Under the pieces are notes generated by a model that worked only from the letters and a program-made list of their open reading frames with translations, ran no database searches and had not been told where the DNA came from. Below, in pieces: positions 51,148 to 61,769 of a stretch of 64,000 bases of DNA; the first letter of the stretch is position 1, and every line of letters starts with the position of its first letter. The stretch lies in IMG/VR virus record IMGVR_UViG_3300042922_001473; one strand, 5' to 3'. Source of the DNA: a virus. Lineage: Duplodnaviria > Caudoviricetes. The position numbers and the translations under genes are program-made.

Positions 51148-51432
51148 TTATTTATTAGACGAAAAAACATTACAAAACTTATCGAACAATTCAAAATCAA
51201 AATGTGAGGGTTTAAATTCAACATTTTTTTCTTTTAAGACGGAAATAAGCATATTTTGACCATCTTCATCATTCATTAGTTCCTTTGCAAGCGTGTCTTT
51301 GTCAGTTAAATACCACCCTTCTTTACTTTTAGGTGTACCTTGTCTATAAACTGGCACTTCCCCATTCTCTTCCTTTAATATATCGTGCTCAATACATAAA
51401 TTAATTAGTTCTATAGCGTTTATGTAAATCAT
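51148..51432 (-). CDS. hypothetical protein
   Basis: AGGAGG RBS. Confidence 0.7.
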   Translation of the reverse strand: MIYINAIELINLCIEHDILKEENGEVPVYRQGTPKSKEGWYLTDKDTLAKELMNDEDGQNMLISVLKEKNVEFKPSHFDFELFDKFCNVFSSNK

Positions 51433-51658
51433 GATACCCTCCTATTATGTTATTTAAAACTCCTGGTTTGTCTTAATCATATATTATAGATTTAATAACA
51501 TTAATAATTACAGAATATGTATTATTGAAAGGAGATTCGTTAAGTAATATAGTAAATCAAAAAAGAAAAATATACAAAAGTGAATTCTTGTGAAAAATAC
51601 AAGAATTCACTTTTAAATTTTTACAAAGTTACTTTTTTAAATAGTGTTCGTAAACCCA

Positions 51659-52240
51659 TTATTTATAATTTGCTATAAAATCTTTTAATTCATCCATTTT
51701 TATTTCTTGTATAATAGGTTTTCTTTCTGTTTTATTTATCGCATAATCGTTAGTAAATTCTTTTTTATCTCCATTTGCGAATACCCAAATTTCATTAGTT
51801 CTAATTTGCAACAATCCATCTTCAGAGATTAAATTTTCAGCACTTTTAATTTCTATGTTTTTAATTATACTTTTCCCATCAGATGTAATTAGCTTATCAC
51901 CATTTGTTTTGTAAAATTCGTAAGCAACTGAATCTGCCATAAACCACCTCAATAAATATTCTGATATTTCTTGATTAGGAATGTTTTCTATATTGTATAA
52001 TCCTTCCATATAACTAACTATGATATTTGCGGTCACATCTGTAACATTATTTGGGTTATTACTTTCTTCCTTATTTTCCTCTATAATTTCTTCTACATAA
52101 TGCTCTTCTTCTAATTTTCTACTTTCTACCCTCTCCTTTGCTATTGCCACTGTTTCAATTGTTATAGCTAAAATGTCATATTTAATTATTCCTACTAATG
52201 CTAATATTGTTAATCCCATTATTGCAATTTTTTTCATCAA
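51659..52240 (-). CDS. exported/membrane-anchored protein
   Basis: N-terminal hydrophobic segment; AAGGAGG RBS. Confidence 0.7.
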   Translation of the reverse strand: MMKKIAIMGLTILALVGIIKYDILAITIETVAIAKERVESRKLEEEHYVEEIIEENKEESNNPNNVTDVTANIIVSYMEGLYNIENIPNQEISEYLLRWFMADSVAYEFYKTNGDKLITSDGKSIIKNIEIKSAENLISEDGLLQIRTNEIWVFANGDKKEFTNDYAINKTERKPIIQEIKMDELKDFIANYK

Positions 52241-52281
52241 TATCCTCCTTATTATGTCTGGAAATCTTTATGTATATATAC

Positions 52282-52310
52282 ATTATACAATTTATATTGA
52301 CAATAGTCAA
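52282..52310 (-). promoter_or_regulatory. sigma-A promoter with palindrome TTGACTATTGTCAA
   Basis: TTGACT-N17-TATAAT on the minus strand. Confidence 0.78.
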
Positions 52311-52521
52311 TGTTAAATTAAGAAAATTATAGTTAATACATATAAAAAAGAGTATATATAAAACTGATAACCATACTCTCTTTGTTTATATTTATTATTA
52401 GTTATTTCCTTATTCATTTGTCATTATGACTATCATTGCATGTCTTGAATAATCTCCAGGTTCTATTTCGCCAGTCAAGTGCTAATCTCCAAAAGGAAAA
52501 TAATCTACATAAGTAATACTA

Positions 52522-52854
52522 TCAGCAAAATGACCTAAGTAAAAAAAACACAGCAGAATCAAAATTTATTTCGTCTTTTAAAAATTCCAACTTTTCCTCA
52601 GTATGTATCTGTATTTCTTCTGATGTTGCATCTCCATGAGCAATGCAGTAATGTAAATACTCTTTTTCAACCCCTATACTTCTATCTAATTTTAAAACAT
52701 ATTTATAATCAAAAACTCCTAATTGGACTAATGAAAACAAAGTAATTATAAGGAATATAATCAATACAGCTATAAATCTAATTAAACAACTTATTTTAAA
52801 GTGTTTTAAATCTTTTTCTTGACTTAAATTTATGTCATTAATCTCATTATTCAT
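52522..52854 (-). CDS. membrane protein, possibly truncated
   Basis: GGGGGAG RBS, one TM; coding-like sequence continues past the stop. Confidence 0.5.
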   Translation of the reverse strand: MNNEINDINLSQEKDLKHFKISCLIRFIAVLIIFLIITLFSLVQLGVFDYKYVLKLDRSIGVEKEYLHYCIAHGDATSEEIQIHTEEKLEFLKDEINFDSAVFFLLRSFC

Positions 52855-53064
52855 AAAGCTCCCCCTTAATTATGTTTTTATATTATATTGCTATTAATTT
52901 AAAAGTAATAGTTTATTGTAATTTACATTAGGTAATGTTATAAAAAGTAAGCTAAAAATCTATGATTAAGAGAACAAAATTTTAAAGGATAAGTATTTAC
53001 TTAATATTAACAAGTAAACTTTTTAATGTCAGTACATTAAACTTATAATAACGGAGGAATTAAT

Positions 53065-53463
53065 ATGTGTACAAAAGAATTAAAATCTTTGGCAAAGGAA
53101 ATTTCAAAGGCAGGTAAAATAATAGCAAAGGATGATATATCGAAAGATTATACTGTTTGGCATAATCAATCAGGCTCACTTATAGTAAGAAGTGATAGTG
53201 GTTATGAAGCAATTTATATTGGAAATCTTGTTGGAAATAACTCTGATGGATTCATGTGTTTATACACAAACAACACTTCTAAACGAAATAGTTATCCAGG
53301 TGTAAGAGAAATTGCAGAGTTACTTTTAAAGGTTATTAATAAAGAAACATTAGATACTGGTGAAGGTAAAGCATCTTATTTTGATTGGAAAGAATACGGT
53401 GGAATGGAAAAACAGTTAAATTACTTTTCAGAACTTGTAAAAGAGATAGCTGGTATTAAATAA
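53065..53463 (+). CDS. hypothetical protein
   Basis: GGAGG RBS; terminator downstream. Confidence 0.7.
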   Translation: MCTKELKSLAKEISKAGKIIAKDDISKDYTVWHNQSGSLIVRSDSGYEAIYIGNLVGNNSDGFMCLYTNNTSKRNSYPGVREIAELLLKVINKETLDTGEGKASYFDWKEYGGMEKQLNYFSELVKEIAGIK

Positions 53464-53584
53464 ACCTGATTTTAGAAAAAAGCAACTAAGGTTGCTTTTT
53501 TTATTTGCCATACAGATAGCACTTATATAGGCATTGTTCTTGGAACTTTTTGTGTTATATTACGTCTAATATATAGAAAGGAGT

Positions 53585-54058
53585 GTGTTAATATTGAGAA
53601 AAATAACAATGTTATTATTAACAGTAGCTTCTATTTTCATCTTAATTACTGGATGTGTAAACAATCTCGAAAAAAGCAATGTAGAAATATCTAATGAAAT
53701 TGTTCCTATAATAATGAAAATTGAGGAAGATAGTATGTCTGAAACAAAAGCAAAGCTTATAATTGAGAATATTGAAGAAGTTGTAGTAGAGTTTGGAGCA
53801 AAATACAGTATAGAGAAGAAAATAGATAATAACTGGTATAAATTACCGTATAAAGATAATCAAGATGAAGATTCTATTGCTTGGATAGAAATTCTATATT
53901 CATTGAATAGTGAAAACAAAAAGTTTGAAAGTGAACTGGATTGGTCACATCTTTATGGCAAGCTTGAACCAGGAAACTATAGGATTATAAAGTCTTTCAC
54001 TATAGGTGAAGATTATGAAAATAAATATGTTTTATCTGCAGAGTTTATAATTGAATAA
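53585..54058 (+). CDS. lipoprotein with Ig-like domain
   Basis: Lipobox ITGC; WY.LP..AW..DWSHLYGKLEPGNYRIIK..AEF. Confidence 0.7.
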   Translation: MLILRKITMLLLTVASIFILITGCVNNLEKSNVEISNEIVPIIMKIEEDSMSETKAKLIIENIEEVVVEFGAKYSIEKKIDNNWYKLPYKDNQDEDSIAWIEILYSLNSENKKFESELDWSHLYGKLEPGNYRIIKSFTIGEDYENKYVLSAEFIIE

Positions 54059-54138
54059 TAAGATATGTAAATACTTACTTGAAATTAAAAAAACACATAA
54101 TTGAATTTATGTGTTTTTTGTTTTTAACATAGAGTATT

Positions 54139-54672
54139 TTAATACCCAAATGGGTCAATGCCTCTTCTTACACAATCTCTAATTGCCTGTCTATTTTTAG
54201 TATTATCAAATCTGTTCTTAAAATAGAATAATATACGGTCATCTTCCATTGGCACTTCAATAAATATTCTTATAAGTTCTGGCGAATAATCATCATAACC
54301 TGTAAGAAATTCTATTAACTCTTCATATGTACCATAGCAATCATGAAATCTGCCATATCCTATTGGTTTAGTACCTACTAAATCAATATTTTTTAAAGGT
54401 TCGCTGTCAAATTCTTTAACTTCTAATACAGTTATTGTACTATTTTCAATCTCTGAAACATCTAACATTTCATTAAAAAATTCTTCCATTCTTATATACA
54501 TTTCTAATAAAACTTCTTTAGCAGTTTCTTCATTTTCTGCAACTATGACAACTGTATCTTCTTTTGTGTACCCATTAGGAGTTTGAAATATTGCCTTAAT
54601 TTGATATGGTGTATATTTTACTTCCTCTGAAATTGTATTACCTGCTTGATTTTGTGTTTTTTCCAAGTTCAT
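54139..54672 (-). CDS. acidic hypothetical protein
   Basis: AGGAG RBS, 177 aa. Confidence 0.7.
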   Translation of the reverse strand: MNLEKTQNQAGNTISEEVKYTPYQIKAIFQTPNGYTKEDTVVIVAENEETAKEVLLEMYIRMEEFFNEMLDVSEIENSTITVLEVKEFDSEPLKNIDLVGTKPIGYGRFHDCYGTYEELIEFLTGYDDYSPELIRIFIEVPMEDDRILFYFKNRFDNTKNRQAIRDCVRRGIDPFGY

Positions 54673-54791
54673 AATAATCTCCTATGTAAATTATTTGTCT
54701 TAAAGACACCTTTTAAATTTGTTTTTACATTATATGTTTAAAACAGCTTAGGTATAAATTTAAGGCAATTATTTAATTTGATAAGACTATC

Positions 54792-55605
54792 TTACTTTCC
54801 AGATTTTGTTCTATTGCAATTTTTGCAAAGCATTTGACAGTTCTCAGCAGTTGTTTTACCACCTTCATGCCAAGGTTTACAATGGTCTCCTTCCATTTCA
54901 TTTATTTCAAAGTGTTTTTCACATTTTATACATATGCCATTTTGTCTTTCATAAGCTTCTCGTATCATTTTATCGCTAAAAAGTCTTATATTTAAATGTT
55001 TTTTGTCTATCTATAACATATTCATAAATGCCTTTTTGTTTGACACATCTTCATCTTGCATTAAATTTACTATTTCTTTTTCAATATCATTTTGATTAAA
55101 GTCTTTGTCTTTATAAGTATTGTAATATTTACCCCAATCAATACCTTTCATTTCTTTTCTTCGATTGGTAAAAATTAGTTCAATCCAATTGATTACTTTT
55201 TTAAAATAATTCCATAATTCTGTTGCATCTTTATCACTTTGATTGTCAGCCATATATTCTTCTATTTCTATACCATCTTTATATGCAATCCATTTGATAG
55301 CAGTCTCTAAATAATCTTGTCTAATGGGAGAGCCATTCATATAATCTTTGGCAATGGCATATGCAGGACAACTATTTTTATTGAAATACTTTTTAGCATC
55401 AGTAAGCCATTCACCAGTATATACAGCATTTCTTAACTCCTGGTTAGTTAGTTTTTCTCCAGCAATATTAATGATTTTAAACCATTCTAACTTCTCTTTA
55501 TCAGTTCCCTCACAAACATAAATCATTAATACATAATTTTTAATCTGTTCTTGTTCATCTTGGGTTAGGTTATGAAAATATTGATAATTGATAGAGAATT
55601 TTCAT
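54792..55605 (-). pseudogene. DUF262 (GmrSD-like)-HNH endonuclease pseudogene
   Basis: WFKIINIAGEKLTNQELRNA (DUF262 C-part); N-terminus deleted; HNH tail EGDH.KPWHEGGKT..ENCQMLCK.CNR.KS frameshifted and carrying a stop. Confidence 0.8.
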
Positions 55606-55612
55606 TTTAAAT

Positions 55613-56467
55613 TCATCCTTTTCTTTTAATTAAAATTCTCGCATACATTCTTTTACCATTAATATAAGGTCTACCCTTTGTTAAATCAATGTCAACCCCT
55701 GTTTGTCCTATAATTTCAAATTGTTTAGGGTTATACTTGTCCATAAATGTAATAGGAACTCCTATGACGCTATTATAATCACAAGGTATAGCAGATACCT
55801 TATTTACATTGATTGCGTCATAGTTGTCATATTTAGGGTAATCATGTTCGTTATATGTCTTGTATAAAATCAGTTTCTCATGTCTTTTTGTTGTATCTAA
55901 ATTTGTAAACCAACAAGCATTGACATCTTTAAATGTATTATCAGGCATTTTAAACTTCATACTCCGAGGACTGTATCCCAACCATATTTTGTTTTCTTTT
56001 ATTAATGAAAATACTTCTTTATATGTTATTGAATTATTATTGCCTATTATTAAAAACTTTTTATCATATTCAATTAATTGACCAATATATTCTCTAAACA
56101 ATGAAAATGGTGGATTTGTAATAATAATATCTGATTGCTTTAATATTTCCACGCTTTCAGGACTTCTAAAATCTCCGTTTTGTTTTAAATCTGTTTTAAT
56201 TGTATCTTTGCCATCAAACTCTAATTTATAAGAGGGTTTTACTTTTTCATAATGAGTTGCAATAAGTGTTTTTAACCCCAAATGTTCAAAGTTTAATTTG
56301 AAATAGTTCCAAAAGTTACTATATTCGGGGTCATCACAATTACAGAACACATTCTTGTCTTTTAACTGTTCTTTATAATGCTTTAGTTCTTTTTCTATAT
56401 CAGATAATTGCGTATAGAATTCATCGTTTTTTTCTTTTTTTGCATTTTTTAAATTATTATTTTTCAT
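55613..56467 (-). CDS. adenine-specific DNA methyltransferase, EcoRI-methylase family
   Basis: KNDEFYT, CNCDDP, GDFRS, ITNPPFSLFREY, GVPITF. Confidence 0.88.
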   Translation of the reverse strand: MKNNNLKNAKKEKNDEFYTQLSDIEKELKHYKEQLKDKNVFCNCDDPEYSNFWNYFKLNFEHLGLKTLIATHYEKVKPSYKLEFDGKDTIKTDLKQNGDFRSPESVEILKQSDIIITNPPFSLFREYIGQLIEYDKKFLIIGNNNSITYKEVFSLIKENKIWLGYSPRSMKFKMPDNTFKDVNACWFTNLDTTKRHEKLILYKTYNEHDYPKYDNYDAINVNKVSAIPCDYNSVIGVPITFMDKYNPKQFEIIGQTGVDIDLTKGRPYINGKRMYARILIKRKG

Positions 56468-56673
56468 AATTCATACATCTCCTTTTCTTTATTTTCAATT
56501 TTTCATTATTTTCATCACTCCTAAAATTTGTTATCTAAAATACTTCTGATGAAGTTATGCGTTTTTACAAAAAAAATAAAAATAGGAACTAATAATTCAC
56601 AAAACAAAATATTTGTCCTGTTTTACTTATCAATTCCTACCTATTAGCCTATCAGCTTATTTCTTTGCCTTGT

Positions 56674-56943
56674 TTATTGTTCAATATCCATAGTCAACTT
56701 TAAAAATTTATTTGCTTTATCCGTTAAAGCATATTTCCCTCTCTTGTACTTATACATAACTATAAACTCCATTTTTATTAATTCATAAAGTAATTTATTT
56801 ATTTTTAATTTTGAGCAATGTGCCAAATCTGCTATTTCTTGTTGGGATAATGGAATATATTTTTCTTCTTTAATTAATACTTGGTTACCACTGAGTATCT
56901 TAAGCACATGATAACTGTCATTAAAAAAATATTCTAAATTCAA
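56674..56943 (-). CDS. winged helix-turn-helix protein (Crp-type HTH-like)
   Basis: PLSQQEIAD...S..KIN..L.EL...FI......GKY.LT. Confidence 0.65.
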   Translation of the reverse strand: MNLEYFFNDSYHVLKILSGNQVLIKEEKYIPLSQQEIADLAHCSKLKINKLLYELIKMEFIVMYKYKRGKYALTDKANKFLKLTMDIEQ

Positions 56944-57133
56944 TATACTTACATCCTTGCATTATTTTGTAAGTATTATAGTGTTTTATGTTGAAATTTA
57001 TAACATAATTATGGTAATGAAATAGATATGTTTAAGGTATTTAAATTAGACTAATAATAGTAAAATTAATGAGCAAAAAAAGGCATGAGCTGTAATTAGC
57101 TCATGCCTAAGTATTTGTTGTAAATATTAATTA

Positions 57134-57373
57134 TTACATTTTATATAAGTACCAGATACTATCTTCAAGCACATATTTGAGTTCAAATATGTCTCTTCCG
57201 TTATGCATACAGACAAAATATATATTTGTTTTACCAAATGCCTTTTCCTCATATTTTTTCATTATCTTTTGCACTCTTATAGGGGTATCTTCAAAATCAA
57301 ATTTTGCAGGTTCGAAACTCCCGTCTTTATTAAATATTGCCAAAACTTTAATAGGCTTATTTATTATTTTCAA
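57134..57373 (-). CDS. small beta protein resembling those encoded beside Y-family polymerases in Clostridia
   Basis: KPI.V.A.F...G...P..F, FELKY.....W.L; recognised by eye only. Confidence 0.45.
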   Translation of the reverse strand: MKIINKPIKVLAIFNKDGSFEPAKFDFEDTPIRVQKIMKKYEEKAFGKTNIYFVCMHNGRDIFELKYVLEDSIWYLYKM

Positions 57374-57388
57374 TGTTTTACTCCTTAT

Positions 57389-57571
57389 TTAATTCTTTAT
57401 TACATGTGAATCTTGGACACCTTCATAATATGCTTTTTTTAAAGCTTCCTTTAATCTCCATACTGATATTTCATGAAAGTCTAATCTATCAGAATTTCTT
57501 GTTTCTAATGTTGGGATATTTAATATTTCCTGTGCTATTTTCTCTATTTGCTTTTCAGCATTTCTATCCAT
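57389..57571 (-). CDS. DUF6900-like small protein
   Basis: I.TLETRNSD.LDFHE.SVW.LK.AL..AY..G. Confidence 0.65.
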   Translation of the reverse strand: MDRNAEKQIEKIAQEILNIPTLETRNSDRLDFHEISVWRLKEALKKAYYEGVQDSHVIKN

Positions 57572-57826
57572 ATTGCCTCCTTATTTTTACTTACTAAAAT
57601 TTTTATTATATAGATTTATATATGTATGGTTCACAACTTTATATTGCAACTTCTAAGCTTAAAAATAAGTGGTGAGAGTGTTCGCATATAATACTTTTTT
57701 TAACGTAAATAACCTCCTTATTATATAACCTTTTTCTGTATTCTGCAATAATAAAGCATTAACATAAAAGGAATCGACTATATTTAAAAATATAGTCGAT
57801 TCCTACTGTCATTTAATTTTTTTAAT

Positions 57827-58321
57827 TTAACAAGCAATTTTGTCAATGTGATTATTTTTACATAAATTCTTTACACATTTAAAAAATACTTTTTCAAGTT
57901 CATCTAAATCTTTTGGACATTTTTCAAATAGAACTTCATCCATAAATAGAACATGAGTTTCCCCTTGTAATATCCCTCTTTTTATTACTTTTCCAATTTT
58001 AACTCTAAACCAATTATTGTATATGGCTTCATTTTCATATAATGTACCTTCGTTAATCAATTTTCTAATCTCAGATTCGTTTTTATTTCTAAGTAATTGT
58101 GTTTTTCCATTTTCTTCAACACTAATTAAAACATCTCCGTCAGTTTCTAACTCAAAATAATAATCATCAGTTTCTAAGCTTACAAAAGTATCTTTGTTCG
58201 TTGGAAAATATAAACTTTCCCAACCCTTTTCAATAGCGGTTTTAGCTTCAGGATAAATTTTGAAAACTACATTGCCCCATTCTTTTAAATTTGTTTCCAA
58301 GTAAAGTAATAAATTTTCCAT
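57827..58321 (-). CDS. hypothetical protein
   Basis: AAGGAG RBS, terminator downstream. Confidence 0.7.
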   Translation of the reverse strand: MENLLLYLETNLKEWGNVVFKIYPEAKTAIEKGWESLYFPTNKDTFVSLETDDYYFELETDGDVLISVEENGKTQLLRNKNESEIRKLINEGTLYENEAIYNNWFRVKIGKVIKRGILQGETHVLFMDEVLFEKCPKDLDELEKVFFKCVKNLCKNNHIDKIAC

Positions 58322-58565
58322 ATAGAAATCTCCTTATATATAATAATCTTTTGATTACCATTTTTTTAATTTTTATATTATAGATTAATAGTAATAAAAA
58401 ATTACATAGAATAACTCAGATTTCTGCTAATAATGCTTATCAATTTAATTAATAGCAGTCCTGAAATTACAAAAATATTTATTTTAAAGAATTGGATTGT
58501 ATATAATATCTAAATAACTATAATAGGGATTCTTTTTGGAATAAAAATAAAAGGAGAAATATTTA

Positions 58566-59012
58566 ATGAGAAAGGGATTTTTCAATCTTAAAAATAATGA
58601 AGGTTACAATTTTCTTGAAACTTTAAATGTTAATAATGAGATTATAGACGCATTTTATATGCTTCATGGTATTTGTCATGAATTTGCTTTAGCGATAAAT
58701 GAAGTATATGGATATAATATAGTTTTTTGGGTAAATTATGATGAAGAAATAGAAACCAATGTATTGATTCATGCCTTTAATGTGTTTAAATATAAAGACA
58801 AACAATATTTTGTAGATATTAGAGGGGTAACAGATAATCTTGAAGATATTATTAATGAATTTGATTATTTTGAAGAAATAAGCGAACCAGTCGAATACAA
58901 TAATAAAAATGCAAAAAAAGTTCTTAAAAAGCTTGGATTAAATATAGATGTAAACAAGGATATTTACGAAGTAATAAAGTATTATAAATCTTATTATCAA
59001 TTGAATAATTAA
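58566..59012 (+). CDS. putative papain-like (Cys-His-Asp) enzyme
   Basis: GICHEFALAI, LIHAF, YFVDIRG. Confidence 0.45.
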   Translation: MRKGFFNLKNNEGYNFLETLNVNNEIIDAFYMLHGICHEFALAINEVYGYNIVFWVNYDEEIETNVLIHAFNVFKYKDKQYFVDIRGVTDNLEDIINEFDYFEEISEPVEYNNKNAKKVLKKLGLNIDVNKDIYEVIKYYKSYYQLNN

Positions 59013-59110
59013 AATATAAAAACAGCAATTAATGCTGTTTTTTTATGTTAAAAAACTATAAGTGGTTATCAAATTACATTTAAAATGAATATATTCTTGT
59101 TGTAAAAATT

Positions 59111-59353
59111 TTAAATAACTTTCTTAATTCTATTATCCCAATAATGGTTTGTCATATTATTACTTCTTATAATAGATAATCTTTCCTGCACTTTATGGTA
59201 TAAACTCTTATCAACATTAAATAATTTTTCATTTAAATGTCTATAAGCTGTTCTATCTGAGATTCCGTATTTTAAACTAATTTCTTTAACACTTAAACCA
59301 GATAAGACTTCTCCTGCATAATTTAGAGTTTGTTTAATTTGTTTATTACTCAT
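59111..59353 (-). CDS. SpoIIID-like helix-turn-helix protein
   Basis: SVKEISLKYGISDRTAYRHLNEKLFNVDKSLYHKVQERL parallels the SpoIIID pattern TVR.IAK.FGVSKSTVHKDL.ERL..I...L...V..IL. Confidence 0.6.
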   Translation of the reverse strand: MSNKQIKQTLNYAGEVLSGLSVKEISLKYGISDRTAYRHLNEKLFNVDKSLYHKVQERLSIIRSNNMTNHYWDNRIKKVI

Positions 59354-59504
59354 AAATATTAAATCTTTCCTTTCATCATATCAAATAATTGTCAATAATT
59401 AATTGAACAACATGCAAATCTTCAACATTTGAAATTATAACAAACTACATATCATATGTAAATAAAAGAATTTTACAAAATTGTTTTTAAAATACATATA
59501 AAAA

Positions 59505-59524
59505 AGGGACTCTAAAAGTCCCCT
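59505..59524 (-). terminator. intrinsic terminator
   Basis: AGGGACT/AGTCCCT stem followed by a U-tract on the minus strand. Confidence 0.7.
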
Positions 59525-59536
59525 CGCCTGTTTAAT

Positions 59537-59815
59537 ATATATAAAATGCCTTATGGCATATAAAATAATTTAATATTACCTTTTAAAAATAATTAATTCT
59601 AAGTAAAAATTTACTAATCTATATTAAATGCTTATCAGCATGTAAAATGGGAATTAATACTGCCTATTTAAAATAATTTAAATCCTTTTAAAATCATATC
59701 TATATGAAATGCTATTAAATTAGCATATTGTATGGAAATAATTTAACCTATATAACTAAAATTTCTTCAAAATATCTATTTAAAATGCTTTTCTTAAGCA
59801 TGGAAAATGGGAAAA
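59537..59815. repeat. four degenerate ~80-bp repeats, each with an ATGC-loop-GCAT hairpin
   Basis: Hairpins at 59546, 59628, 59709 and 59785; flanks ATCTAT..AA and AAATGGGAA. Confidence 0.65.
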
Positions 59816-60328
59816 ATATCTTTAACTTTTAGTTTTTGCAATATTTGCAATCCTGATTTAATAATCTTTATTTATTATATTCTAAAATTTTTAAAATATA
59901 AATCGACTAATCAATTTTTAGCAAAATTTTACCTTTTTCTTGTTTAATTAAATATGAATCTCTTTCCAGGTTCATTATTTAATAAAAATTTAAAATTAAT
60001 AAACCTTCCATCATTTAAATTCTAATATTTTAACCGTATTTAGTTCGCCTTTGTAATTTATTTTGCCTTCATCGCTTCTTTTAAACACTCCGAAAATGAT
60101 TTAGTATTAACTTTTTTCTCATTTTCCTTTTTTACTGTAACTACTTTATTGTGTTCTGGTAATTGATAATGTATATAGTGAATAGGATTTACAATTCTAA
60201 TGCCCATGTTTATAACCTTCCTTTCAAGATAATATGAATATTTCCTTTTGTTTAGTTTTTATATTTTATTAAGGTTAGTCATGTTTTATAATTTATAAAT
60301 CCTATAATGGATACTTATTGACTATGAA

Positions 60329-60889
60329 CTATTTATTTTTTACGATATTTCTTAATTCAGATTCTAATAGGTTCTTATATGCATAGATATAGTTTGTTGG
60401 TGAGCCATAGTATAAAGCTATTAAACTATCAAGCAATTCAAACCAATTATTATATGTTCCGAAATTAGGTATCCAAAAATGTCTTTCATTATTAACTTCA
60501 GGTATATTTCCAGTAACTAAATACTCTTTGTATTCTTCTAAAATATGCCTTGTTTTATCTGAACAACAACAGCCCCCTTCTCTTAGCGAAATGAGCTTTT
60601 CAATGTTGTTAGAAAGATAACTATATTTTAAATATATGAACTTTAGTTTATACTCATTGTTTCCAGCGTCTATATTCTTACATAAATTTGCTACTACCAT
60701 TTCCAAAATCTGTTCTATCTGATAAGAAACCATTACATTGAAGGTGTCTAATTCTTCAATGTCATATCCACTGTTAATTAATTTATTTATCATTTCTCCA
60801 TAGTTTTTATTTACTTTTCTATTTTCTGATTCTAATAAAGATTGAAACATACCTTTAAGTGCTTCTTCTATATTCTCTTTCCCATGCAT
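60329..60889 (-). CDS. hypothetical protein
   Basis: AAGGAG RBS, 186 aa. Confidence 0.7.
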   Translation of the reverse strand: MHGKENIEEALKGMFQSLLESENRKVNKNYGEMINKLINSGYDIEELDTFNVMVSYQIEQILEMVVANLCKNIDAGNNEYKLKFIYLKYSYLSNNIEKLISLREGGCCCSDKTRHILEEYKEYLVTGNIPEVNNERHFWIPNFGTYNNWFELLDSLIALYYGSPTNYIYAYKNLLESELRNIVKNK

Positions 60890-60913
60890 ACAAATTCTCC
60901 TTCATTTATAATT

Positions 60914-61744
60914 TTAAATAATGTCTTCATTATCAACTGAAATAACTATTTTGTTATCATTTACATTTTCTGCTTTTGTAGTAACTTTCGTTTTCTTTTG
61001 AATATCTTCTATTACACATTTCTTAAACAAACATGATAATGTCCAAAAAATCATTAAAGATATCACTAAATGGTAATTTATAAATTTGTATTGTGCTATA
61101 AATCCATTTTCTAATATTAATAAAAACGCACAACTCGAATATATTGAAAATCCTTTATGGAGTTCATTGGTTTCTCTATTGGCGAAACACAATAAGCTTG
61201 AAAACAGCATACCGTAATATCCAAAGCTGTAAATCATATTTGATAGAGGTAAAAATAAAAAGTGTCTAAGTATTAGTTGCTGAATAGCTACAGCTCCAAC
61301 ACTTGCAAAAAATATTTTCGTAGATAATTTCATTAATCCAGAGGTTATCTCTAAATTTAAGAACAATGATTTTAATGTCACAGTTGCATTAGCTAAATAA
61401 TAATTAATGTTATCGTTATACACAAATCTTATCGTTAAAGGTATGATTATGCTTATTATTGCAAGGATAATACCACCTATTGCATTTCCTATATCTCCAT
61501 TAAAAGTAAACAATATTGATTGTAAAATCATTACAATAGATAGTAAGATATAACCCACATGTTCTATTTCTATTTTTTCGGGAAGTTCTAATTTTTGCTT
61601 TTGTATCTTCTTTTGTTTAGGTTTTTTGTTCTTTTCTTTATAATCTCCAAATTTTGAACTTGTTCCATACATTTGAACCATTGTTTTGTCAGCTTCTGAT
61701 GTAGGTTTCTCTGAAAAATTACTAAAATTGTTCATTATTTTCAA
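60914..61744 (-). CDS. polytopic membrane protein
   Basis: About 6 TM segments; AAGGAGG RBS. Confidence 0.75.
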   Translation of the reverse strand: MKIMNNFSNFSEKPTSEADKTMVQMYGTSSKFGDYKEKNKKPKQKKIQKQKLELPEKIEIEHVGYILLSIVMILQSILFTFNGDIGNAIGGIILAIISIIIPLTIRFVYNDNINYYLANATVTLKSLFLNLEITSGLMKLSTKIFFASVGAVAIQQLILRHFLFLPLSNMIYSFGYYGMLFSSLLCFANRETNELHKGFSIYSSCAFLLILENGFIAQYKFINYHLVISLMIFWTLSCLFKKCVIEDIQKKTKVTTKAENVNDNKIVISVDNEDII

Positions 61745-61769
61745 CTCCTCCTTTTATACTTTACAGTCA

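Noticed and set aside
36897-54120. Recurrent AAAACACA..TGTGTTTT hairpins (about 36900, 44700, 54090) as cassette recombination sites
   Set aside because: Adequately explained as bidirectional intrinsic terminators; no integrase or attC features.
56546-56600. Hammerhead ribozyme (CTGATGA)
   Set aside because: No stem II followed by GAAA and no cleavage-site stems.
56674-56943. Crp-like HTH as the regulator of the TTGAC-N4-GTCAA motif
   Set aside because: Geometry recalls Fnr sites, but there is no site upstream of this gene and no other supporting evidence.
59537-59815. Canonical CRISPR array
   Set aside because: Repeats are too degenerate and the spacers share sequence (AAATAATTTAA..CC); kept only as a candidate repeat RNA.
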